A DNA stretch of 64,000 nucleotides from assembly GCA_035544015.1 (NCBI GenBank), contig DATKIP010000093.1, positions 345,454-409,453 of the forward strand. The letters are read 5' to 3'. Under the pieces are notes generated by a model that saw only the letters and a program-made list of their open reading frames with translations, had not been told where the DNA came from and ran no database searches. The stretch comes from Candidatus Saccharimonadia bacterium. GTDB lineage: Bacteria > Patescibacteriota > Saccharimonadia > UBA4664. A program made the translations under genes and the position numbers. How positions within the stretch are numbered: the first letter of the stretch is position 1; the number at the start of each line of letters is the position of its first letter. This document shows, one piece after another, positions 10,128-19,243 of this stretch.

Positions 10128-10694
10128 GTGTCAGCCATCCAGGCCGGACGCCGCACACCCTGGCGACTTATCGCCCTCGCGGCAGCCGGTGCAGCCCTCC
10201 TTGCGGTTGCCACCCATGGCACTCCCGCCAGCGCACCCCACACCGGATCCGCGGCCAAGCCAAACAGCGTCGCCACTCCCGAGATCACCGGCCACCGCCC
10301 GCCGCCGGCGCCCCAGGCCGCCACAACCACCCCACCCCGCCGCCCCGACCAACGCCTGTTTAGCGTGTCCGTCTGGTGGATCAATGCCCACGACGCAGGC
10401 GTACAGAGCCAAATAAGCGTCGGCGGCAATGCCTATAACGCCCCCATAACCCCGCACCCAGGCCCACACGGCATCGCCTACTTCACCGTCGCAGCCGCCT
10501 TTGAAGAGACGATTGATGTAATCACTAGCCGCACGTCGCGCTACGGCATCGTCGGCACCCTCAACTGCAGCATCACCGATCAGCGCGGCGAGATCATCGA
10601 CCTGCAGTGGGTCGACGACGGACGACAGGGACTAGCCCGGTGTCAAAAGCTGGTAGGCTGGGGCCCCAACCCCAATCGACGCATCAAGGGCTAG
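10128..10694 (+). CDS. Cassette 2: membrane-anchored two-Cys (MmpS-like) protein
   Basis: GTG after GAGG; TM, Pro/Thr linker, FSVSVWW...NCSIT...RCQK. Confidence 0.8.
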   Translation: MSAIQAGRRTPWRLIALAAAGAALLAVATHGTPASAPHTGSAAKPNSVATPEITGHRPPPAPQAATTTPPRRPDQRLFSVSVWWINAHDAGVQSQISVGGNAYNAPITPHPGPHGIAYFTVAAAFEETIDVITSRTSRYGIVGTLNCSITDQRGEIIDLQWVDDGRQGLARCQKLVGWGPNPNRRIKG

Positions 10695-10743
10695 ACCGGC
10701 ACGGCCGAGATATATTCCGCGAAACCCATCGCCTTCGCCGGAA

Positions 10744-11612
10744 AAACCACCCAGGACGGCCCACCGCCGAGCCGTCCTGGGTGTACCACCTTACAACCAA
10801 AATTATTCCAATACGCTACACTAAACATTGTCTCGGCCCAAGCCGCGTTCTTGCACATCCCAAGCCTCTTGTCGTCGTTAAGGAGAAGCGCAATGGGTGG
10901 CACCCAAACCCCAACTCGCCGCCGAAACAGCGCCGCAGCAGTATTCGTAGTGGGCGCGTTGCTCATCGGCATCGGAGCCCTCACGGGCAACCTCACCCCT
11001 ACGAATCGGCCCAGCCCGCACGCCACACCGTCGGCCGTCATCGACGCCGAGCCAAGACCAAGCTTCCAGCCAGGGCCACGTGACCGCAGAAGCCACCTCT
11101 ACGACCTGGAGGTTTATCGAGTTAACGCTCCGACTGATATCGCCATCACCTACACGATAGGCGCAGTACTGCATCTAGTCTCACCGAGCGATCAGGCCCG
11201 TGAAACCACCGGAAACATCTGGAAACGACGCGTCACCGCCCGCAACGACGAGACGATTCTGCTAAGAGCTGTCCCGGTCACCCGCGGCGCCCACGTGCCC
11301 ACGCACATGCAGTGCAAAATCTGGCTCATCGTGGTGCGCGGAAAAGGCGAGGTACGTGGTTTTGTCGCAGAGGATCCACCACATAAAGCCACGGTAAACG
11401 CCAACCAGTCGGTGAGTTGCTCGACTCCCGTCGCAGGCCCGTACCCCGACTAATCACCGAGACGTCCACGCCGGCGAGGCCAAGCCCCGCCGAAACCACC
11501 CAGGACGGCCCACCGCCGCGCCGTCCTGGGTGGCCCACCCGCACCAAACCGCCGCAATACGTTACACTAAACAATGTCTCGGCCCAAGCCGCGTTCTTGC
11601 ACATCCCAAGCC
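10744..11612 (+). repeat. Direct repeat of the hairpin-promoter-leader unit (10744-10866 and 11493-11612)
   Basis: Near-identical CACCCAGGACGGC hairpin and CAATACG.TACACTAAACA.TGTCTCGGCCCAAGCCGCGTTCTTGCACATCCCAAGCC. Confidence 0.9.
10893..11453 (+). CDS. Cassette 3: membrane-anchored two-Cys (MmpS-like) protein
   Basis: AAGGAG SD; TM; YDLEV...QCKIW...VSCS; close paralogue of cassette 4. Confidence 0.85.
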   Translation: MGGTQTPTRRRNSAAAVFVVGALLIGIGALTGNLTPTNRPSPHATPSAVIDAEPRPSFQPGPRDRRSHLYDLEVYRVNAPTDIAITYTIGAVLHLVSPSDQARETTGNIWKRRVTARNDETILLRAVPVTRGAHVPTHMQCKIWLIVVRGKGEVRGFVAEDPPHKATVNANQSVSCSTPVAGPYPD

Positions 11613-11639
11613 ATTTCTCACCACGAGGAGACCCCACCT

Positions 11640-12140
11640 ATGGGCAACACTCAGACCCCAACACGCCGAAAATTTGGCGGACTACTGCTCACAGCCGGCC
11701 TGTTGCTTGGCGCCGTGGTAATCACCAGCAACCACCCCATCGGTCAGCCTGAACCATCCGCCACCCCGACCGCCGTCATTGATGCCGCCCCCGGCCCGGA
11801 CGACAACCAGGTATACACCTACGACCTCGAGGTTTTGCGCGTTCACGCACCGTCTGGAATTTCCATTTCCTACTCCATCGGCGCCATACCGTACGTGGTC
11901 CCGGCGAAAGCCCAGAAGCGCGAAACCACCGGAAACCTCTGGAAACGACGGATAACGGTCATCAACAACGAACTCGTCGTCTTAACTGCCGCGCCCAATG
12001 CGCGGGGCGCCCATATCCCTACACACTTGCAGTGCCGAATCAAAGCCGTTATGAGCGCCCATGCCACCTTCCCTCTCTCCGAGGATCCGCCAGGTAGAGC
12101 TACCACAAACGCCAGCGAAACGGTGAGTTGTTCGATCTAG
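11640..12140 (+). CDS. Cassette 4: membrane-anchored two-Cys (MmpS-like) protein
   Basis: GAGGAG SD; TM; YDLEV...ISYSIG...QCRIK...VSCSI. Confidence 0.85.
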   Translation: MGNTQTPTRRKFGGLLLTAGLLLGAVVITSNHPIGQPEPSATPTAVIDAAPGPDDNQVYTYDLEVLRVHAPSGISISYSIGAIPYVVPAKAQKRETTGNLWKRRITVINNELVVLTAAPNARGAHIPTHLQCRIKAVMSAHATFPLSEDPPGRATTNASETVSCSI

Positions 12141-12219
12141 CAATCGCGACGGCGCCGAGACACCGCCGGGGATGGCGCAACGACGCCCCATCCCCGGCGC
12201 CGAACCCGAACATAAATCC

Positions 12220-12460
12220 AACAAAATAAAGACCCGAGACTCATTCGCGCAGTGGGTGGTCACCGCACGAAAAAGCTCGGGTCTTTATTACACCCTTCAA
12301 CCTCACCTCGGGGGCGTTTTATGCGAAACGCGTATAGCGTAACGGGTGTGAAGGGACTAATCCGCCTGCAGTGAATAGCTAAAGGAGGGTGCATTTAGAT
12401 ATTCTTACAGGCGAATTAGTGGTATGTTGAGGTGGTTCTTGCCTACGCATTGCAGGCATA
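12220..12460 (-). ncRNA. Candidate ~240-nt structured non-coding RNA with an anti-SD loop
   Basis: TTGACA-17-TAGCAT promoter; stems needing G-U pairs on the minus strand; terminal hairpin followed by U-rich tail. Confidence 0.65.
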
Positions 12461-12466
12461 ACTAAG

Positions 12467-12495
12467 ATGCTAACACACTTTACGGATTCTGTCAA
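12467..12495 (-). promoter_or_regulatory. Sigma70-type promoter of the candidate ncRNA
   Basis: -35 TTGACA (12495-12490), 17-bp spacer, TG-extended -10 TAGCAT (12472-12467). Confidence 0.75.
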
Positions 12496-12503
12496 CAATA
12501 ATT

Positions 12504-13352
12504 ATGCAAATCTCTAACATTTCTCACAACTCAAACTCGTTTCCAGATATACTCAGGCAAATTACCGAACCGCCCAGAAGCATAAACGTTTTAGGAACTT
12601 TGCCCAAAGACTCCATGGTAGCGGTCGTCGGCACGCGCCGGCCCACCGCTTACGGCGAACGCGTCACCTACCAAATAGCAGGGGAGTTGGCCAAGGCCGG
12701 CGCCGTCATCGTGAGCGGCCTAGCGATCGGCGTGGATTCCATCGCTCACCGCGCCGCCCTCGATGCCGGCGGCCGCACCGTGGCCGTACTAGCTCACGGT
12801 CTCGACCGCATCTACCCGCCCCGCCACCGCGGCCTGGCCAAAGAGATTCTCGCCTCCGGCGGTGCGCTGGTTTCTGAGTACGACATTGGCACCCCGGCCC
12901 ACAAACACCACTTCGTGGAGCGCAACCGCCTCATCGCCGGCCTGTGCGCCGCCACCATCGTGACCGAAGCCGCCACCAAAAGCGGCTCGCTCATCACCGC
13001 CCACCGCGCCGCCAAATACAACCGGCTCGTGATGGCCGTGCCCGGCAACATCACCTCCGTCTACTCAGCCGGCCCCAACAATCTGATCCGCACCAATATT
13101 GCCACCCCCATCACTTCCACGGCCGATGCCATCGTAGCGCTGGGCTTCCACGCCCGCGAGGCTGTGCCCGTGTCGGCCCAAAGCCCCGACGAAGCCAAAA
13201 TCCTCGAGCTCCTCGAAGGCGGCGCCAGCAATAGCGAAGACCTCATCGCCGGCGGCAATTTCAGCGCCGCCCAATTTGCCAACATCATCAGCCTCATGGA
13301 AATCACCGGCAAGGTCCGCAACCTCGGCGCCGGACAATGGGTGGTGCGGTAA
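12504..13352 (+). CDS. dprA: DNA-processing protein DprA
   Basis: VAVVGTR, VSGLAIGVD..AH, RNRLIAGL, SGSLITA, C-terminal winged helix. Confidence 0.95.
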   Translation: MQISNISHNSNSFPDILRQITEPPRSINVLGTLPKDSMVAVVGTRRPTAYGERVTYQIAGELAKAGAVIVSGLAIGVDSIAHRAALDAGGRTVAVLAHGLDRIYPPRHRGLAKEILASGGALVSEYDIGTPAHKHHFVERNRLIAGLCAATIVTEAATKSGSLITAHRAAKYNRLVMAVPGNITSVYSAGPNNLIRTNIATPITSTADAIVALGFHAREAVPVSAQSPDEAKILELLEGGASNSEDLIAGGNFSAAQFANIISLMEITGKVRNLGAGQWVVR

Positions 13353-13427
13353 GCATTTGGCTGTCCGCTCCCGCATGATTTACACTGGTACCCGTCTCGT
13401 TGTTTCCCGTCCAAGAGAGCAGGATGC

Positions 13428-13988
13428 ATGGCCACCAAGACCACCAGCACGCCCAGCCGAGCGAGAGGGCGGGTCCGCGCCGTCCTACTGTCTTTGATCC
13501 TCCTCGCTGGCGTCATCACGCTGGGTTCGCAAGTCACCATTAGCAAGAATCCCGCCCTGCCCAGCGAGAGCCCGCAGCCGGCCCAAACGACCTGTGTTCC
13601 GCCGCCGGGAGCCAAGACCTGCAAACCCGATCCCAAGCTCTATGTCGTCCTGGTGAAATGGAGCGGCCTCGACGGTAAACCCGAGGGGCCGGACATCAAG
13701 GTCGCGCCCGAACCACTCGTAGCCGACTCCGCCCCGGTCATCGACGCAGGACGCTGGGTAGCCATCACGACGGCCAATCCCACTGCCGCCAGCAAATTTG
13801 CGGTCACGGTCGGAGTGAGCGCGAAGAAGACTCCGCGAAAGATCGAGCAGGCCCAGACCAGCTGCCGTGTTTTTCCATTCACCGGAACCCAAATCACACT
13901 CCGCGCAGCCGAGGCCAGCATCGCCGGAAGTGACCCGATCACCACTGGCACAGGCAGTGATGTAACTCGCTGCCTGGTACCCCGGTAA
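13428..13988 (+). CDS. Cassette 5: membrane-anchored two-Cys (MmpS-like) protein
   Basis: TM; extra linker Cys pair; YVVLVKW...SCRVF...RCLV. Confidence 0.82.
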   Translation: MATKTTSTPSRARGRVRAVLLSLILLAGVITLGSQVTISKNPALPSESPQPAQTTCVPPPGAKTCKPDPKLYVVLVKWSGLDGKPEGPDIKVAPEPLVADSAPVIDAGRWVAITTANPTAASKFAVTVGVSAKKTPRKIEQAQTSCRVFPFTGTQITLRAAEASIAGSDPITTGTGSDVTRCLVPR

Positions 13989-14155
13989 TCCGCAGGTACG
14001 AGACGCTCTGCCCGGAGGAACGGCCACGAACCGTTCCTCCGGGGCACCACCAACTATTCGCTAGCCATAAACCAATCCTTGGCACTACAATAATTTCGTC
14101 TCGTGTCGCTCAGGAAAGCTCGTTCACATCCACGACCCAAGGGAGCTCCCACTCC

Positions 14156-14752
14156 ATGCCCAACGAGCAGCAAACACGCGGGATCAGCGCCGCAGGAGCT
14201 GCTGTCTTCGTCATCGGCCTCATCGCCATAGTAGGCCTAGCCGGTAACAACGATTCCGACAGCCGCCCGTCATCCTGTGGCCAGAAGCCAATAACCCATT
14301 CCGGAATTCCCGGAGCCCGCTTCACGAAGTTCGACTGCCTCCCGGGAGCTACCGCGCTCCCGGCTGTCACCCGGGCCCAGCGCGACCAAGAACTATACCT
14401 GGTCCTAGCCGGCTGGAAGGGCACCTCCAACGCCACCATCGGAGTCGTCCCTCCGCCCCTCGCCTCCACGGACTCGCTCTTCCAGGTCAGTGGCAATGAG
14501 GGCCTATGGTTTGGCCTGACCACCGCCAACACCAACCCTGCCATCAAGAATAGTAAGGGGAAGCCGGTGAAAGTCAGGGTGGTCATCCAAGCCAACCTCA
14601 GGGTAGGCAGCCGTTTGACCTGCGCCATCTATCGCATAACGAACTTCGACACACCCGGAAATGTTGCCAGTCAACACCGGCTGGAGCACAAAGAGTTCCA
14701 CCCCGACCGGCCTCTACGCAACCCGACCTTGGAATGCAGCATTCCCCTCTAG
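14156..14752 (+). CDS. Cassette 6: membrane-anchored two-Cys (MmpS-like) protein
   Basis: AAGGGAG SD; TM; YLVLAGW...TCAIY...ECSI. Confidence 0.82.
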   Translation: MPNEQQTRGISAAGAAVFVIGLIAIVGLAGNNDSDSRPSSCGQKPITHSGIPGARFTKFDCLPGATALPAVTRAQRDQELYLVLAGWKGTSNATIGVVPPPLASTDSLFQVSGNEGLWFGLTTANTNPAIKNSKGKPVKVRVVIQANLRVGSRLTCAIYRITNFDTPGNVASQHRLEHKEFHPDRPLRNPTLECSIPL

Positions 14753-14860
14753 CACCAGCGGCACGAGACACCCGCACCACCCGAGAACGGCGCCCTCCAG
14801 CGTCGTTCTCGGGGCACCACCCACCTAGGCGCTCCTTCACCCCAATCGGAAGGATCCATC

Positions 14861-15502
14861 GTGTCGAGAAGCCGAACAGCAGCGAAAGCACGCCTTCTTG
14901 TGATGGCGCTGATCGGAGCCAGTCTGGTCATCGGCACCACCCAAGTTGGCCGGATGCTTCCCGGCAGCAATGCGGACGCCTGCCCCGTCGCCACCCCCAA
15001 TCCCGCCGACAGCGGCGTGGTGGTAGTCGGAGCCAACGACTGCATCCCCCGGATGCCGCCAGTCCCCAAATCCATCAGAGACCGAGAGCTCTTCGTGGTC
15101 GTGGCTGGCTGGAGCAATCTCTTCGGGGTTCCCTACGAGACCGGCGTCAGCATCAATGTATCGCCGCCACCGCTCGGAATGACCGAACGCACCATTCGCC
15201 TGCCGCAACCTACAGGACACTGGTACGGCGTCACCATCGGCGCCCAACCCGGCGACATACCAGATTTCAAAGACAACAACTACCGGGTCCTCATGGGAGT
15301 GGGGGCTTCAGACGCCACCCACAAACACCACCCCAACTCCGGCCTGGCCTGCGGCATCTATCGCCTCACCACACCCGATGCACCCGAAAACAGCATCGTG
15401 CGAGCAAATTTTCTCAGCGGAGAAATCTCCACTCCCGCAGAAGAGGCCCCCCCCGATTATTCATTGCCGGTATCCCAACCGCAAGTAACGCCAGCGGCCT
15501 GA
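14861..15502 (+). CDS. Cassette 7: family member with an apparent frameshift in a C8 tract near the 3' end
   Basis: FVVVAGW...ACGIY; terminal Cys (PIIHCRYPNRK*) appears only if the C8 at 15447-15454 is C7. Confidence 0.75.
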   Translation: MSRSRTAAKARLLVMALIGASLVIGTTQVGRMLPGSNADACPVATPNPADSGVVVVGANDCIPRMPPVPKSIRDRELFVVVAGWSNLFGVPYETGVSINVSPPPLGMTERTIRLPQPTGHWYGVTIGAQPGDIPDFKDNNYRVLMGVGASDATHKHHPNSGLACGIYRLTTPDAPENSIVRANFLSGEISTPAEEAPPDYSLPVSQPQVTPAA

Positions 15503-15602
15503 GCACGAGACGCCCGCACCACCCGGGAACGGCGCCACACAGCGGTGCCGTTCCCGGGGCACCACCGCTTGAACCCGCGCCCATACCTGCTACAATATCA
15601 AA

Positions 15603-16559
15603 ATGAAGTTTTGGCAACAGCTACCGCAGCCGTTCTTTGTGCTAGCCCCCATGGACGACGTCACCGACGTGGTTTTTCGGCAGCTCATAGCCGAAATCGC
15701 GCCACCAGACGTCTTCATGACCGAATTCGTCTCGGTGGACGGCCTCCAATCAGCCGGCCGCACCGTCACGCTCGAACGCCTGCGCATCGCCCCCGGCAGC
15801 GCCAGCAACCTCGTGGCCCAAATCTGGGGCAACGACCCCGAGCGCTTCTACCGTTCCGCCCAAGACATCGCCGCGCTGGGCTTCGCCGGCATCGACATCA
15901 ACATGGGCTGCCCCGAGAAGGGGATTGTAGCCCGCGGCTGCGGTGGCGGCCTCATCGGCCACCCCGACGCCGCGGCCGACATCATCGCCGCCACCAAGGC
16001 CGGCGCGCCCCATCTGCCCGTCAGCGTCAAGACTCGCCTCGGCCTCGGCCAACCCATCACCGAAGACTGGGCTGGCTTCCTGCTCGGCCAAGACCTTGCC
16101 GCCCTCACCATCCACGGCCGGACCGTGCGCGAAATGAGCAAAGTCCCGGCGCACTGGGACGAAATCGCCAAAGTAGTGCGCCTACGCAACCAACTGGCCG
16201 TGCCCACCAAGATCATCGGCAACGGCGACATCGAAAGCCGCGCCCACGGCCTGCAATTGGCCTCAGACACCGGCGTCGACGGCCTCATGATCGGCCGTGG
16301 CATCTTCCACGACCCCTTCATCTTCGACCCCGCCCAGGCCACCGCTGACCCCCAAAAACGCCTCGCCATCCTCCTCCGCCACGTCGAGCTCTACGAGCAG
16401 TGGGGGAGTACCAAGTCGTTCCAAACCCTGAAGAAATTCTTCAAAATCTATGCCAACTCCTGGCCCGGCGCCGCCGAACTGCGCGCCGAACTCATGGAGA
16501 CTTCCATGCCAGCGCAGACACGAGGCATTATTGCCGCACATTTAGGAAAAATCCAGTAG
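15603..16559 (+). CDS. tRNA-dihydrouridine synthase (Dus family)
   Basis: LAPMDDVTD, TEFVS, DINMGCP, SVKTRLG, TIHGRT, GNGDI, MIGRG. Confidence 0.95.
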   Translation: MKFWQQLPQPFFVLAPMDDVTDVVFRQLIAEIAPPDVFMTEFVSVDGLQSAGRTVTLERLRIAPGSASNLVAQIWGNDPERFYRSAQDIAALGFAGIDINMGCPEKGIVARGCGGGLIGHPDAAADIIAATKAGAPHLPVSVKTRLGLGQPITEDWAGFLLGQDLAALTIHGRTVREMSKVPAHWDEIAKVVRLRNQLAVPTKIIGNGDIESRAHGLQLASDTGVDGLMIGRGIFHDPFIFDPAQATADPQKRLAILLRHVELYEQWGSTKSFQTLKKFFKIYANSWPGAAELRAELMETSMPAQTRGIIAAHLGKIQ

Positions 16560-16628
16560 AATAATTCACGTCTCGTACAGCCTGAGACGTCCTTCCCATC
16601 CCAACGGTTGCCCCAGGAGGCAAACAAA

Positions 16629-17213
16629 ATGAGCCGCACCGCCCAGCGCGGAGTGATTGCCCGGATCGGTGGCCTCTTGTTCACAGTCGTGGCGCTCTTA
16701 GCCGGCACTGTAGCGATCATGAGCTCGACCGGCACCAAGACCTGCAAGTCCGCACCGGCCCCCGCTCCAGCCGTCCAGTTGGCAGCCCAAACCGCCGCGG
16801 CCCCCGAGAGCACCCGGTACGTCTTCTTGGCCCAATGGACTCGCTTCCAGCCCAACGAAGTCAACATTCTCTACACCGACTACCTGGAAGATGGCCACCC
16901 GCGCAAGCAGATCGTCCTCGACACTGACAAGGGCCCCAGCAGCTGGAAGACCGTGATCACCGCGCCAAACGGCAGCAAGCCCACGCTCGAGATCACGCCG
17001 CCCCCCTGGGCCTGCAACGATGTCCATGGGCTCACCAAAGGCGCCTCTGTGAGCTGTGTCGTTTACCTGGTCAGCACCAGCAAGCCGGAAGACAGCATGA
17101 TCCCGTCCAACGTCCAGGCCCGTGCCACCAACACGACCGGACAAAGCGCAATTTGCAAGGACTTCACCGCCGGGAAGCGGAAGCACGCCTCAGAACTCGA
17201 TCCCGAGCACTAG
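16629..17213 (+). CDS. Cassette 8: membrane-anchored two-Cys (MmpS-like) protein
   Basis: AGGAGG SD; TM; YVFLAQW...SCVVY...ICKD. Confidence 0.83.
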   Translation: MSRTAQRGVIARIGGLLFTVVALLAGTVAIMSSTGTKTCKSAPAPAPAVQLAAQTAAAPESTRYVFLAQWTRFQPNEVNILYTDYLEDGHPRKQIVLDTDKGPSSWKTVITAPNGSKPTLEITPPPWACNDVHGLTKGASVSCVVYLVSTSKPEDSMIPSNVQARATNTTGQSAICKDFTAGKRKHASELDPEH

Positions 17214-17347
17214 CCGGGCACCGCGTACATCCGAGACTGTCCCGCCGAGGCACAGCACCCCGGCACGGGGGCCGCAATGGCGCAAAACAGCGCCATCGCG
17301 GCCCCCCGCACCATCGTCCCAACCCCAGCACCCGTCCGTCGCTCTAG

Positions 17348-17725
17348 CAGCCCTTTCACAACCACGGCCACGCAAAGCCCCATCAGCCACCCAGCGAGCG
17401 TCAGATCGTGCTCCGATTGGCCTGGCGGCAAGCCCCCGACGGCGTCACCATCCGCTACCGGATCGGCCACCAGCGCGAAATCACCATAACCGACGGCCGG
17501 CACGAACACGAAGGGCTTGAGTTTCCCGTCCCCGCCGAAATCGGCGACGAGATCAAGCTTTCTATCACGCCGGTCTTCGAAAACGAATTCACCCCCACGA
17601 ACGTGCGCTGCTTCATCTACCAGATCAAGTTCGGCCGACGCATCGAGGGGCACGTGGATCCGCCACACGGCTATACCCCCGACGCGCTTGAATCTGCCCA
17701 CTGCAAGTGGGTAGTCACGCCCTAG
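17348..17725 (+). pseudogene. Cassette 9: head-less family member (domain only, no anchor, no SD)
   Basis: Frame opens after TAG at 17345; IVLRLAW...RCFIY...HCKW; 3' hairpin retained; in-frame GTG at 17408. Confidence 0.65.
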
Positions 17726-17903
17726 CCGGTTCGGGGACGGCGGCATCACCGTCGTCCCCGAACCCCCAAATCTATTGAAATCCGCGCCGTCCCGAGGCCA
17801 AACCTCAAAAACCCTTTTAAGCAAAAATCCAGTAGAATAATTCACGTCTCGTACAACGTGAGGCTTCTTTCCATCCCAACTTTTGCCCCAGGAGGCAGAC
17901 AAC

Positions 17904-18461
17904 ATGACTCGCACCGCCCGGCGCGGAGTGATTGCTCGGATCGGTGGCCCCGTGGTCACGGTCTCAATACTAGCGATCGGAGCCATAGTGATCGCCAACT
18001 CAACCGGCACCAAGACCTGCAAGTCCGCACCGGGCCCCGCTACTCCGGCCACCACCAAGCCCGCATCGGCCTCCAGCGACTGCTCCACCCCACCCGGCTC
18101 CCAGACCACCGCTCTTCGGCATGTCCACACGTACTACGGCACCTCCACAAAAACCGGCTACGCTATGGGCGCCCAGTACCAAGTCGGGCCGATTAGCGGC
18201 AATATACTCCCGTTCTCTCGCGGCAAGCGCGAAGCCAGCTGGACCGGCCTACTCACCGCCTTCGAAGGCGACCCACTCACAATCGACATCACCGGGGTCG
18301 GCGACGCTAACCCGACAGCCAAAGTCGCGTGCGCCTTCTACCGCATCACCGACCCGGCCAATCTCAGGGCCAACGCCGTACCTGCCAACCTCGTCGGAGT
18401 ACCCCAGTCCGGCACGGGCCCAAAGGGCCACGCCCACTGCGAAATAATCTCCGGCGAGTAG
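17904..18461 (+). CDS. Cassette 10: membrane-anchored two-Cys (MmpS-like) protein
   Basis: AGGAGG SD; N-terminus closely similar to cassette 8; ACAFY...HCEI. Confidence 0.83.
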   Translation: MTRTARRGVIARIGGPVVTVSILAIGAIVIANSTGTKTCKSAPGPATPATTKPASASSDCSTPPGSQTTALRHVHTYYGTSTKTGYAMGAQYQVGPISGNILPFSRGKREASWTGLLTAFEGDPLTIDITGVGDANPTAKVACAFYRITDPANLRANAVPANLVGVPQSGTGPKGHAHCEIISGE

Positions 18462-18652
18462 TCCCTCACGCCACCCGAGACACCCCGCCGAGGCACAACG
18501 CCCCGGCGCAGAGGCCGCAATGGCGCAGCGTTGCGCCATTGCGGCCCACCCGCACCCTGCATTGATATTAAAAATCCGACATTATGCCGTAAAATTAAGT
18601 CGTCTCGCGTCCAGCCCCGCAGCACCCCACAATCCACCACCGGAGGACTTCT

Positions 18653-19135
18653 GTGCTCACTCGTACCCCCACCAGGCCTCGATCAGGCAAGAGATCCAAG
18701 GCCGTGTGGGCGATTATTGCCATAGGGCTCCTGATCCTCGGACTCCAAGCCCTCTCCGCACCCAGCAATCGATCCGCACCCCACAGCGGCGCCACCCCTA
18801 CCACTACCCAAACCGCCGAAGTCATCGAACTCGGCGGCAACTGGAACAGCGTAGATGGTGACGTCAAGATCACCATCACCACCAACGGCCATGCGATCCC
18901 CTTGCCAGAAACCTTCCCCGGCAACCTCTACGACTGGAACCAACCACACGTGGTCGCTCCAGGCGACGAGGTGGTACTCAACATCAGGCCGGTCAACCCG
19001 CAAGACAAGCACTATACGATGTATTGCAAAATCTTCGGTCCGAACGGAATCCCGGTCGACGAACAGCCCGGCATCCACGACGACCATATCAACGACGGGG
19101 TCACCTGCTACTACCCGTTGCGGCCCAAGCCCTAG
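18653..19135 (+). CDS. Cassette 11: membrane-anchored two-Cys (MmpS-like) protein
   Basis: GGAGG SD; TM; IELGGNW...YCKIF...TCYY. Confidence 0.83.
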   Translation: MLTRTPTRPRSGKRSKAVWAIIAIGLLILGLQALSAPSNRSAPHSGATPTTTQTAEVIELGGNWNSVDGDVKITITTNGHAIPLPETFPGNLYDWNQPHVVAPGDEVVLNIRPVNPQDKHYTMYCKIFGPNGIPVDEQPGIHDDHINDGVTCYYPLRPKP

Positions 19136-19243
19136 CTGCCTTCACGAGGCGTGAGACGCCGGCCCCAGGATGGCACACCGAAGTGTCATCTTGGGGCACG
19201 CCAGCATGAAACCCTCCACCCTTGATGCCCGAGGAGAACATCC

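Noticed and set aside
12220-12460. tmRNA, RNase P RNA or SRP RNA
   Set aside because: No tRNA-like ends, no GAGGAAAGUCC and no SRP loop motif visible.
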